A DNA stretch of 35,625 bases from IMG/VR virus record IMGVR_UViG_3300005607_000407, one strand, 5' to 3'. The position numbers and the translations under genes are program-made. Below are positions 16,335-25,183 of the stretch, piece after piece (the stretch's first letter is position 1; every line of letters begins with the position of its first letter). The DNA comes from a virus. A model generated the notes under the pieces. The model saw only the letters and a program-made list of their open reading frames with translations. It searched no databases and had not been told where the DNA came from.

Positions 16335-17103
16335 CATAGCAGGTGTCGCCTGCATCCTCGCCAGATGGACCAGAAAGGCAGGCCATGAATCGCAGGTCAT
16401 AAATATGTACGATCCTTTTGGATTTTGTGATTTTTATTGTGAAGAAAGAATTGCAGACGAGAAAGCATTTGTTGACCGAGTTTTGCAGGCAGGCAAAGAT
16501 TATGATATCTTACACGTCCATACAGTCTACCGCATTTTACCAAGGCTGGCCGAACTGCGCAAGCCTGTAATAATGCACTACCATGGCTCCGAACTGGCAC
16601 AATCGCAGGGGGATCCGTTCAGGGAGTGGTGCGAGCAGTTTGCAAACAAAATTCTGGTAGCTAATGAATATCTGATGAAATACCACGATAGAGCGCAATG
16701 GCTGCCAAATCCAGTTGATACAAAACATTTCAAGCCAACGCAGGGTGATAAGAAAAATGCGTCACTCATGTTTGATATTCCCTACATAGATTATGAAAAA
16801 ACACTGAGTGAGTTGCCACACGATATCCGTGGTAATGTAGTTGTAGCGAACAGGCTAAAGCGACCTGTACGCTATGGAGATATGCCACTATTGCTGAACG
16901 AATACAGCAATTACATCGATATCAAATATCACAGATATCAAGGCCTCCTGCCCGCCCTCTCCAAAACGGGATTAGAAGCGCTGTCCTGCGGTCTGTCGGT
17001 GTTGAACTGGAAGAAAGAATGGGTTAAAGGACTACCAGGACATCATAAACCAGAATCGGTAGTTAGTTCCCTTCTGGATGTTTATGAAAATCTTCTCGTC
17101 TAA
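16312..17103 (+). CDS. GT-B fold glycosyltransferase (GT4-like) 2
   Basis: MKILHV, DILHVH, HYHGSE, LPNPVDTKHFKP and LEALSCG motifs. Confidence 0.85.
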   Translation: MKILHVYDIAGVACILARWTRKAGHESQVINMYDPFGFCDFYCEERIADEKAFVDRVLQAGKDYDILHVHTVYRILPRLAELRKPVIMHYHGSELAQSQGDPFREWCEQFANKILVANEYLMKYHDRAQWLPNPVDTKHFKPTQGDKKNASLMFDIPYIDYEKTLSELPHDIRGNVVVANRLKRPVRYGDMPLLLNEYSNYIDIKYHRYQGLLPALSKTGLEALSCGLSVLNWKKEWVKGLPGHHKPESVVSSLLDVYENLLV

Positions 17104-17110
17104 CCAACCA

Positions 17111-18478
17111 ATGCCAAATCCTATTGCATCGGAAGTATCAACAGACCAGCAAGGCAGACTGTTCATCAAAACATTCCTCATTGACAGTTCTGTCAACCAG
17201 AATGATTGGGGCGTCACACAGGCTTCAATCCGGCAAAACATCGGATCATTCATTGGCAAGCCTATCGTCTTTACAGATACTTTTGATCATCCCAGTCTAG
17301 ACGATTCAAACCTTGACCACGTTCTGAAGTCGCAGGAACCCTATCGAGTTGGCACTATCAGAGATGTTCAGGAAAAAGATGGTAGATGGTTTGCAATTGC
17401 AGAGATAACCGACCCTGCTTACCGTGCAGGAGTTCAGGCTGCCAACATTCCACCTTTCGTCTCGCCTGCTATCTATCCAACCGCGCCGGTGAAAAATGAA
17501 GCTGCTATAGAGAGGTGGACAGGCGTTCACCTGGCCACAGTGGACCAACCTGCATACGGCGCAGTAAAGGCGCATATCACATCGCAATGCACGGGAAGCG
17601 AGCGGGATTGTCTGCTACAATTGAGAAACGCCAAGCTCAAGAAAGCAAAACAACAACAGAAAGATATACAAGATTGCGGATTCTGCAAGGCAGCTGCAAT
17701 CAAAAACTATTATGCCAAACTTCGATTAATAATTAATTCTAGTCAGAAAAAACTACCAAAGGATAATTCTCTTTTTCGCAAAAGCAGAACTGCACGTACA
17801 TCCAAGATGGATTCTTCTTCAAGTCAAACAGATAATGGCCGCCCCACTGCAAACGGGTTGGCCGAGAAATATGCGAGTGAACACAATCCACATCCTTCAA
17901 CAGAACCGGATAGTGGACCTTCACATCCTGACAACACTTCCTTAGATCAGGCCGATGCCACCGATGGCGATACTGGCACAGGGCCAGAGGCATGGCAGCA
18001 ACAGAAAAAGAAAAAGACTGCTGATGCAGAGGCTGACGCTGATGCCGAAGGCGAAGGCGGCGACTCTGATGTTGTTCCAAAGAAGCAAAAGATTGCTCAG
18101 CTAGAAGTTGAAAATGCCCGCCTCAAGCAGGAGGTCGCCAAGCTCAGGTCAGAAGCCAAGGTGGCAAAGGACTTGCAGAGCAGGGTAGCCAAGCTAGAAA
18201 GCGAGAACAGACGTCACAGGATCGCAGGCATAATCACCAAAGACGTTATCCGTGATGACAAATCACGCACTGCACTCATTGACAAGCTGACAGCCATGAA
18301 CCTGTCAGAGCCGGATTTCCAGACCATCGTGGCGCCTTATGTAGCTTCTGCAAAAGACAGGAAGACATACGAGGCCAAGGTCAGGACCGCTAGCACATTC
18401 CCATATGACAGTATGAATTTTGAATCCGAATCTAACGGCGACAAGCAATTGGCATTCATGCCAGGAGTTGACGTCTGA
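17111..18478 (+). CDS. Prohead protease fused to scaffolding domain (Mu gpI-like)
   Basis: FIGKP..DH..VGTI..AEIT..FVSPA..HLATVDQPAY resembles Mu-type protease motifs, followed by an acidic linker and coiled coil. ATG 17111 preferred over 17078. Confidence 0.8.
   Translation: MPNPIASEVSTDQQGRLFIKTFLIDSSVNQNDWGVTQASIRQNIGSFIGKPIVFTDTFDHPSLDDSNLDHVLKSQEPYRVGTIRDVQEKDGRWFAIAEITDPAYRAGVQAANIPPFVSPAIYPTAPVKNEAAIERWTGVHLATVDQPAYGAVKAHITSQCTGSERDCLLQLRNAKLKKAKQQQKDIQDCGFCKAAAIKNYYAKLRLIINSSQKKLPKDNSLFRKSRTARTSKMDSSSSQTDNGRPTANGLAEKYASEHNPHPSTEPDSGPSHPDNTSLDQADATDGDTGTGPEAWQQQKKKKTADAEADADAEGEGGDSDVVPKKQKIAQLEVENARLKQEVAKLRSEAKVAKDLQSRVAKLESENRRHRIAGIITKDVIRDDKSRTALIDKLTAMNLSEPDFQTIVAPYVASAKDRKTYEAKVRTASTFPYDSMNFESESNGDKQLAFMPGVDV
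17807..18478 (+). CDS. Nested scaffolding protein (internal in-frame start)
   Basis: In-frame ATG (MDSSSSQ) at the domain boundary, 42 nt downstream of a copy of the late element. Confidence 0.6.
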   Translation: MDSSSSQTDNGRPTANGLAEKYASEHNPHPSTEPDSGPSHPDNTSLDQADATDGDTGTGPEAWQQQKKKKTADAEADADAEGEGGDSDVVPKKQKIAQLEVENARLKQEVAKLRSEAKVAKDLQSRVAKLESENRRHRIAGIITKDVIRDDKSRTALIDKLTAMNLSEPDFQTIVAPYVASAKDRKTYEAKVRTASTFPYDSMNFESESNGDKQLAFMPGVDV

Positions 18479-18984
18479 TGGTCGCAACAACAGGCGACAT
18501 ATTCGGCCAGACATGCGTAGTTGAATACCTGCCAAAAACTTCAGCAGCAATCAATGCTGGCGACCTCCTGCAGTATACATCAACCGGCTTCCAGACATGT
18601 CCACTAACGGCAAAACAGATAGGCCCTTGGGCTGTTGCGCTTGAGACCAAGGCCTCATCGACTACAGTAATCAAGGCTGTGCGCAACAAAGGTGCAATGG
18701 TGTATGTAACTGCAGATGGTGCAATCAATCCAGGGTCATACATAGTCAACAGCGCCGTAGCAACAGCGGGCTATGTGGTTGCGTATTCTGCCAACACTGT
18801 GACAAACGATACGGTTGGCATCAAAACTGCACGAGACGAAGCAAAACTGATAGTCGGAGAATATCTGGCTCACGAGCTTGAAGGCAACGGTGATTCAGAT
18901 GCAGCAGGCGCTTCAGGAGTTGCAGTAGCACCGACTGCGGCTGCGCAGGGTGATGTAATCAGGATTATGATAGGAGGTCTCTAA
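18478..18984 (+). CDS. Capsid cement/decoration protein (DUF2190-like)
   Basis: AINAGDLL...ADGAINPGSYI pattern, Ala/Gly-rich, between scaffold and MCP. Confidence 0.7.
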   Translation: MVATTGDIFGQTCVVEYLPKTSAAINAGDLLQYTSTGFQTCPLTAKQIGPWAVALETKASSTTVIKAVRNKGAMVYVTADGAINPGSYIVNSAVATAGYVVAYSANTVTNDTVGIKTARDEAKLIVGEYLAHELEGNGDSDAAGASGVAVAPTAAAQGDVIRIMIGGL

Positions 18985-18990
18985 GTCAAG

Positions 18991-20181
18991 ATGTCGCAAA
19001 CAGCAGCATCAGCATCAACATTCCAGTATGAAGAAGAAAAAAGCGGCCCGCTCTTTGATAGGGCCGAGCAGAAACAGGTAGAACGTGGCAACACAATTCT
19101 GTGGCACAACCCTGTGACAGATATGATCTACCGTGGCACTGGGTATATGTCGTATGGCCCAGAGCCAACATGGGAAGAACCTGTCTTTGATGTCAAGGTA
19201 GCACGTCAACAGATTGGGTTGTACAAGGCAGGCAAGATAAAGCGGGAAGACATGGAAAACCCGTGGCAGGGACGATGGCTGCGGGTTGCGCAGGAGTTTG
19301 GCGCTATCAGAAAAAGAGCTATAAGGGAAGGCAAGCTCAGACTAGCAGCTACAGGAACAAACAGCGATTTTTCTACCATCAATATAGTCAACGTCTTTAC
19401 CAAGGTGCTGGGCCTTGAGTTCCCTATGAGGGTGCTGATTGAATCGGTGCTGAGTGTGGACACCCCCTCGACTTTGCTGTCAGTTGATGTAGGAACCCCC
19501 TATCAGGGCCATGCACAGGCAACAGAAACGTACTTTGCGGAACCGGAAAGGCAGAAATATGTGAGAAGCACATTCAACCTGCCAAAAGACATCGCAATAT
19601 TTGGGCTGACAGACGAGGCACAGTTGAAAGCATCGCACAACCTGTTCCAGCTGCATGTCGAGAATGCGCCAAGGGTGCTGCGCAAGTTGGAAAACAAGGT
19701 AATGGCTGCAATAATCGAAACAGCCACAGCGGTAGCAAAAGGCGATTGGTCTGCTGTATCGTCAGGGTTGTCGTCAAGGGATCCGTTCCCAGACTTTGAG
19801 GCCACCTTTGACACTATTAGCGGAAACGGCGGTGACCTGTCAGATTTCGCTATAGGGTCGCACAACAAAGTCTTCACGAATTTTAGCGGCAACACATTCG
19901 TGCGTGGAGCTTACAATAGAAGACTAGAGGATGTCAGCGGAACCGGTAGGGTGACCATGATTGACCGGCTGATTGGCGGCACATGGTATATCGACAACGA
20001 CCTGACCAACACAAAATGCACAGTCTGGACAAGGGATGCATTTGTAAGGGCAAACGGGCCGACCTTCGTAGCACAGTGGAGAGACGAAAACAGGATGACA
20101 GAGCTTTACAGAGCGGCTCACTTCTGTCAGACAAAACTACTGCAGTCTGGCAGGGCAGTGTGCATGACAGGGGTCGACTGA
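18991..20181 (+). CDS. Major capsid protein (HK97 fold)
   Basis: 396 aa, position after protease and cement genes, DWS..DPF.DF segment, GGAGGT SD-like site upstream. Confidence 0.85.
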   Translation: MSQTAASASTFQYEEEKSGPLFDRAEQKQVERGNTILWHNPVTDMIYRGTGYMSYGPEPTWEEPVFDVKVARQQIGLYKAGKIKREDMENPWQGRWLRVAQEFGAIRKRAIREGKLRLAATGTNSDFSTINIVNVFTKVLGLEFPMRVLIESVLSVDTPSTLLSVDVGTPYQGHAQATETYFAEPERQKYVRSTFNLPKDIAIFGLTDEAQLKASHNLFQLHVENAPRVLRKLENKVMAAIIETATAVAKGDWSAVSSGLSSRDPFPDFEATFDTISGNGGDLSDFAIGSHNKVFTNFSGNTFVRGAYNRRLEDVSGTGRVTMIDRLIGGTWYIDNDLTNTKCTVWTRDAFVRANGPTFVAQWRDENRMTELYRAAHFCQTKLLQSGRAVCMTGVD

Positions 20182-20265
20182 CCTCCGGCAACGACCTTCT
20201 GTTTTCTTTCCTTGCTTTTTACTTCTCTTTTAGTTTTAATTATTAATTTTCTCCTGCATACATAA

Positions 20266-20844
20266 ATGGCCTTACACAAAGATACTCAACAGATTTTAAA
20301 AGATGCCGGACTGCCACCTTTAGATATCCCAAACTGGATCATACACCTTGAACAGTTTCAGAAAAAATGCAAGATGGCCAACCGTGGCAAAGGAGAAGAG
20401 CCGCAGACCCTTGTTGTGTCGATGTATCGCATAAAGCACCAGTCAAAAGAATACATCTACTATTACAGGGAGTTGGTTGGCAAGGATTTCCTGGGCAACA
20501 CTCACAAGGCGTTTGAGCAGGACATCGGCGTCATAGAAAAGCCCGAGGTAAATTATGCAATGAATACAGAAGGCGAGGTAAAGGGGACGCATTTTGAGAT
20601 GGTCAAAGAATACGACATCCCCTTTTCAAAGCAGAAAGCGCTAGAGATCCTAAAGCAGGGCCGCAAGCCTACTGTTAACTTTTACGTAATGGAGGAGAGC
20701 GGATTCAAGTTCAAAGTTGATGAGGATGAATTTCTGAACATGGACTTTGACACGGTAGTCAAGATAGGAAGAGGCCAGTACGTGACGGTGCAGAAGCAGC
20801 AGATAGAGAAGAGCGGTATGTCGCCCTCTGCCTCACCCAAATGA
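20266..20844 (+). CDS. Hypothetical late protein
   Basis: 192-aa ORF preceded by the late element at 20221. Confidence 0.75.
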   Translation: MALHKDTQQILKDAGLPPLDIPNWIIHLEQFQKKCKMANRGKGEEPQTLVVSMYRIKHQSKEYIYYYRELVGKDFLGNTHKAFEQDIGVIEKPEVNYAMNTEGEVKGTHFEMVKEYDIPFSKQKALEILKQGRKPTVNFYVMEESGFKFKVDEDEFLNMDFDTVVKIGRGQYVTVQKQQIEKSGMSPSASPK

Positions 20845-20865
20845 ACGAGTGATTGATGAAAAAAA

Positions 20866-21051
20866 ATGCCAGACCTTGAAATCAACCTCTCCGGGACCAG
20901 CTCCAAATCTTTTTCCATTCCGCTGGCAGTGCAGGGAAGGCTGAATGCCAGGTATCCTATTAGAGGCCAGCAATCCAAACTCGTCACGGCTCTTCTGAAA
21001 CGACATATGGGGATACAATTAACTGAAGAAGATAAGGAGGTTATTGCTTAG
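20866..21051 (+). CDS. Small protein, possible RHH fold
   Basis: SKSFSIP-LAVQGRLNARY-QSKLVTALLKRHM fits a strand-helix-helix pattern. Confidence 0.5.
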   Translation: MPDLEINLSGTSSKSFSIPLAVQGRLNARYPIRGQQSKLVTALLKRHMGIQLTEEDKEVIA

Positions 21052-21054
21052 GCG

Positions 21055-21405
21055 ATGGTTCTGATTACCAACTGCACAAACCCGCAACCCTATCTGGTAG
21101 TTTTCGATTCCAAGACTAAAATCAAGCTACCACCTGAGCTGCGCAGATATGCAGGGGACCCTGGCTATCGATACATAGAAGAGGTGTGTGGCAAAGACTG
21201 CCATTTTGGCGATGGAACGCTTATCCATGCGCCTTTCAAATGTGGCGACAACATACGAGTGGGAGACTGTTGCGTAATCATGCAGGGATGCACGATAGGC
21301 AATAACGTCGTGATCGATGACGGCTGCCAGATTCCACCAAAAACGGTTATTGAAGATGGATATCACTGGACGCTTGCTGACAGCTACAAGGCGTTCATCA
21401 AATAG
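21055..21405 (+). CDS. Hexapeptide-repeat (left-handed beta-helix) protein, acyltransferase-like
   Basis: CHFGDG-TLIHAP-KCGDNI-RVGDCC-VIMQGC-TIGNNV-VIDDGC periodicity. Confidence 0.8.
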   Translation: MVLITNCTNPQPYLVVFDSKTKIKLPPELRRYAGDPGYRYIEEVCGKDCHFGDGTLIHAPFKCGDNIRVGDCCVIMQGCTIGNNVVIDDGCQIPPKTVIEDGYHWTLADSYKAFIK

Positions 21406-21451
21406 CAGTGGTTAGAAGTTCTCTTTTCCGTCCCTCAGGGCTTCTTCATGG

Positions 21452-22387
21452 ATGAGCTATCAACAAGTTTACAACGGTTGGGCTACTTCTTCGACAAATA
21501 ACACTTTAACTGACACCACGAAGAGCTGGGAGACTGACGCATTTGTCAATGCCTATGTTGTGATCATCAACGGCACCAATAACGGTGAGCAAAAAAAGAT
21601 TATCGGCAATACAAACAACACTTTAACGGTTGATAGCAACTGGACTACCAATCCTAACACCAGTTCACAGTACGTCATCATTCAGTCGACTTCACTAAAT
21701 GTAATTCCAAATCTGATTTCAGGCATTGCAACTGGCGGCGGCAGCAACACCCTTACGGATACGACAAAATGGTTTCCAAACAACAAGCTGGCAGGATTTG
21801 TTGTATACATCCTGGCAGGAACAGGTGCAAATCAATTCAACCAGGTCCTTTCAAATACTGCAAACGTATTGACCATGACGTCAGCCTGGAATGTGCAGCC
21901 AGACAACACTTCCCAATACGTAATTTTCCCTATTCAGCAGTTTCTGCCTCCTAACCTGACAGGTGATGGGGCTGGTCTGAATCAGGGGTCCATCACGGTA
22001 GCCCCATGGCTGTACAACGGCGCCACATTCGACAGGGCCAGAAACGTTGTGTCGACCCGGCAGGTAGGCTCTGCAAACACTCAGTTGCAATTCACCATCC
22101 AGACATTCAACATCGAGGCACTTGCGATCATAGTGCAAGCTTCAGGCGGAGCAGGCGTGTTTGCATCACAGCTGATGACTGTAGAAGTGTCGCAGGACAA
22201 CACCAACTTTATCCAGGTCGAAGGTACGGGCTTGAATCTGGGAACGGGGGCATCATTTGGCAAGCAGTATGATATTACGCATTTGGCGGCAGGCCTTGCA
22301 GTCAACCCTGTTGAGTACACATACATTAGATTGACTATACCGGCTCTTGGATCAGGGATTAGCGCAATCGCAACCTGTTCTGGATAG
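21452..22387 (+). CDS. Virion fibre/adhesin-like protein with two tandem ~68-aa beta repeats
   Basis: NTLTDTTK.W...V.I..GT...Q...I.NT.N.LT....W...P..TSQYVI occurs twice. Thr/Asn-rich. Confidence 0.7.
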   Translation: MSYQQVYNGWATSSTNNTLTDTTKSWETDAFVNAYVVIINGTNNGEQKKIIGNTNNTLTVDSNWTTNPNTSSQYVIIQSTSLNVIPNLISGIATGGGSNTLTDTTKWFPNNKLAGFVVYILAGTGANQFNQVLSNTANVLTMTSAWNVQPDNTSQYVIFPIQQFLPPNLTGDGAGLNQGSITVAPWLYNGATFDRARNVVSTRQVGSANTQLQFTIQTFNIEALAIIVQASGGAGVFASQLMTVEVSQDNTNFIQVEGTGLNLGTGASFGKQYDITHLAAGLAVNPVEYTYIRLTIPALGSGISAIATCSG

Positions 22388-22438
22388 ATGCCAGAAAAGA
22401 CTAATCTGATTGACTGATAGACAGGAGATGAAAGCACA

Positions 22439-22636
22439 ATGAGTCTATTCCAGCAACAATCACAAGTGACCCCGACTCCAACTTCTGGCTGCTGCCCCCA
22501 GTGCGGACAGGCGTTTACGGTGTCAAGGACATGCGAAGGCTGCTCAAAAGAAATCTGCTATCCAAACTGCTATACAGCACATATGGATCCACACAACGGC
22601 ACTTGCTATCAGGTCTGGCTGTCGGCACACCAGTAG
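22439..22636 (+). CDS. Small Cys/His zinc-finger protein (B-box/AN1-like spacing)
   Basis: CPQC..CEGC..C..C..H..H..C. Confidence 0.65.
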   Translation: MSLFQQQSQVTPTPTSGCCPQCGQAFTVSRTCEGCSKEICYPNCYTAHMDPHNGTCYQVWLSAHQ

Positions 22637-22702
22637 CAAGCGCAGCAGGGAGGAAGTAACTAAATTCTCTTTTTACCTTTTTCTTTCATTTCAATTGCTT
22701 TC

Positions 22703-22948
22703 ATGGTCATGTATCAGAACCGCATTCCACCTGTGCAGGTCGGCATGGAATATTCAGCGAAAATTATCAATACTGGCAAAGATGGCTCTGGTGTTTGCCG
22801 TGTGTCAGGATTTGTGCTGTTTGTCAGAGAAGCAGCTCACGAGATAGGCCACCACGTTCGCATCCGTGTCACTGTGGTGCGAGATAGATACGGATTTGCT
22901 GAACTGATAGACAACAGGGGAACGGCACAGCTTGACAGAGAGCCGTGA
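22703..22948 (+). CDS. Single-TRAM-domain RNA-binding protein
   Basis: PPVQVGMEY...GKDGSGVCRVSGFVLFV....G..V.I.V..V..RYGFAE matches archaeal stand-alone TRAM proteins. Confidence 0.88.
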   Translation: MVMYQNRIPPVQVGMEYSAKIINTGKDGSGVCRVSGFVLFVREAAHEIGHHVRIRVTVVRDRYGFAELIDNRGTAQLDREP

Positions 22949-23038
22949 CCTCGCAACTGTACTGTGGTACAGTTTACTTCATGCCTGTACAGTCTACTAT
23001 ACACGGTTGCTTGAAATACAAGAGAGGGCTATGGCAAG

Positions 23039-23278
23039 ATGACAGATATCATAATTTCTGGTGATATCCTGTTTGCTATCATCGGCCTGACGGCGGCCAC
23101 TATCACCTTTTTTATCAGGCAGGAGATACGGTCGAGAGATCAGGCCTCTGATATCAAAGAGGTCAAGGGGTGCATCAAGCGCATTGAGAGTCGTTTAGGA
23201 GTCACAGACCAGAAAGTGGCCGATATCGACAAGGATGTGGCCATTATTGACGATAGATACAGGCGGGAGCATTCCTGA
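23039..23278 (+). CDS. Small membrane-anchored coiled-coil protein (holin/XhlA-like architecture)
   Basis: One N-terminal TM segment followed by a coiled coil. Confidence 0.6.
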   Translation: MTDIIISGDILFAIIGLTAATITFFIRQEIRSRDQASDIKEVKGCIKRIESRLGVTDQKVADIDKDVAIIDDRYRREHS

Positions 23279-23333
23279 CCTAACTACTGACTTAGCCTAG
23301 TTCTTTTTCTCAGATTCAATTCTCCAACTTCTG

Positions 23334-23852
23334 ATGATAAAATCAGCTTTCATATTAGCGGTCTTGACAGGATTGCTAATATTTGGAACAGAAACGTTGA
23401 TTCAAGCATATGCGCAGGTACAGCAGCAACAAACATTCACTTCTCTAGCAGATGAAGTCAACAGCTCGCTACAACTTGTCTATTCAGTGATAGTCATAGC
23501 ATCGACAGCAACGGGCATTATAGCAGTAGTAGTATCGAAATTCTACCATTCACCAAAAATTCAGCAAGTCAAAAACGATGTAAACCAGCTAAAAGATTGG
23601 TTCAGGAATCACGAAGGCCAGATAGGTCAAGGCGTTGAAGCGGCGGCTGCAATGGTGCCACAACTGCAACAGCAGATAGAAACGCACAAGGCAACAATAG
23701 ATTCGCTGACTCAAGAGCTACAGCAGAAAAATGACTTGCTGACAACAATGAAGACACAGATTGATGCTATGCTCATTACCTCTTCAGCGGGAACGGCCAC
23801 AGCCACCAACACAGCAACGACCAATTCAACAACATTGGCCAACCCAGGATAG
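23334..23852 (+). CDS. Membrane protein, two hydrophobic segments plus coiled coil
   Basis: Signal-like N-terminus, second TM (LVYSVIVIAS..IIAVVV), Gln-rich coiled coil. Confidence 0.7.
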   Translation: MIKSAFILAVLTGLLIFGTETLIQAYAQVQQQQTFTSLADEVNSSLQLVYSVIVIASTATGIIAVVVSKFYHSPKIQQVKNDVNQLKDWFRNHEGQIGQGVEAAAAMVPQLQQQIETHKATIDSLTQELQQKNDLLTTMKTQIDAMLITSSAGTATATNTATTNSTTLANPG

Positions 23853-23895
23853 CAAGCAGTTCTCTTTTTTCCTTCTCTTTTCTTTCTCTTCATCC

Positions 23896-24315
23896 ATGGT
23901 CTACGGCGATTCCACTATCGTTACCGCTCTGCTTGGCAATGTGCCAACATCGATCATATCTTCTGCAATAATTACAGAGGCTATCACCTTTGGCGACTCT
24001 TTTGTCAACATGATGACCCAGCATACCTGGAGCTCGTCTGATTTAGCATACAACCTGATTCAGCAGGCATCAAGCGAGTGGGCTGCCGCCCACTGTCTTC
24101 GAATGTTTGAGGGTGACAAGTGGCAGAAAAAGGCTGATGCTCTCGAGGCCCATGCCCGCAAGATAATAGAAGAACAGGTATTGCCATACGACCAGAACAC
24201 CTCGCCTGACTCTCAATCGCAGTACAACACGTGGCCGGGCAACCCCACTGCTACGCCATACCGGTCCCCTGGATTTGCTGGCTCTTCATCAGCGGATCCG
24301 AACACAAGTCCATAG
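23896..24315 (+). CDS. Head-tail adaptor/connector protein
   Basis: MVYGD.....L..I.EAI...D..VN..AS.WAA helical pattern and position. ATG 23896 lies 38 nt after the late element. Confidence 0.7.
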   Translation: MVYGDSTIVTALLGNVPTSIISSAIITEAITFGDSFVNMMTQHTWSSSDLAYNLIQQASSEWAAAHCLRMFEGDKWQKKADALEAHARKIIEEQVLPYDQNTSPDSQSQYNTWPGNPTATPYRSPGFAGSSSADPNTSP

Positions 24316-24336
24316 TCGAATGGTGAGAAATAAATA

Positions 24337-24828
24337 ATGAGTACATGGGGCTTAGAAGGCACAACACCGCTGGCAGATTTCACAAAGACGGTGGCAGAGA
24401 TTGTGCTTGACCTTTTCAACAACCAGGCAAACTGGACTGAAAGCACAGTAGGCTGGGCAAACATCCTGTTCACCTCTTCCACTTACGACGGAACCAAATT
24501 CTACACAGTGGCCGTCAAGTCGCTATCGCAGACCAATCAGGCAGACGTCCTGGGGTCGACAAGCTACGAGTATACAGAATACGTCAACGTGCATATCTGG
24601 GTCAAAAGCCTGCAGCATGGCTCGATACCCGGTGTTGAGATACAGGCTATGAAAAGTATGATTGAACAAATATGCGCACAAAAAAGGACCAACGTCGGGC
24701 AAGGCATAAGGTACATCGGAATACCAGAGTGGTCATATTCTGATACTCAGGATGACCAGGATGGATCTTCGCTCTATCATGTGGTTGGAAGAGTTCTGGT
24801 GGAGTACAGAAAGGTTAGCACAATCTAG
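24337..24828 (+). CDS. Tail terminator/completion protein (putative)
   Basis: Size, beta-rich pattern (VNVHIWVK) and position before the tail tube gene. Confidence 0.6.
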   Translation: MSTWGLEGTTPLADFTKTVAEIVLDLFNNQANWTESTVGWANILFTSSTYDGTKFYTVAVKSLSQTNQADVLGSTSYEYTEYVNVHIWVKSLQHGSIPGVEIQAMKSMIEQICAQKRTNVGQGIRYIGIPEWSYSDTQDDQDGSSLYHVVGRVLVEYRKVSTI

Positions 24829-24883
24829 TTAATTAATCCAAGCTAGGTTAGTTCTTTTGCCAATATTTCCGAAAATCGAAGAT

Positions 24884-25177
24884 GTGTCGACCAACAGTAC
24901 TACTGCTACTGATTCTGTTGTTATGACTACTCCTACTCCTAAACCATTGCACTGTCTCAAATGCGAGCATCCTGATGGCTTGAAATTGGCTTACAATCTA
25001 TACCAGGAAAATACTAAAACTCTGGTCCACGTCTATGAAAAGCCCGGAGCCTGGGTCCGGGTGGTCCACGACCCCAAGAACGGCCAGGGAATTTTGCATC
25101 CTGGCGTTGGCATGATCTGCTCGGTTGAGAAGGGCGATGGTTCTCTGAAACTGGAAAATTCCGAAGGAGGGTCATAG
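24884..25177 (+). CDS. Hypothetical protein (CLKC motif)
   Basis: In-frame GTG at 24884 preferred (34 nt after the late element) over TTG 24857. Confidence 0.55.
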   Translation: MSTNSTTATDSVVMTTPTPKPLHCLKCEHPDGLKLAYNLYQENTKTLVHVYEKPGAWVRVVHDPKNGQGILHPGVGMICSVEKGDGSLKLENSEGGS

Positions 25178-25183
25178 TAGCAA

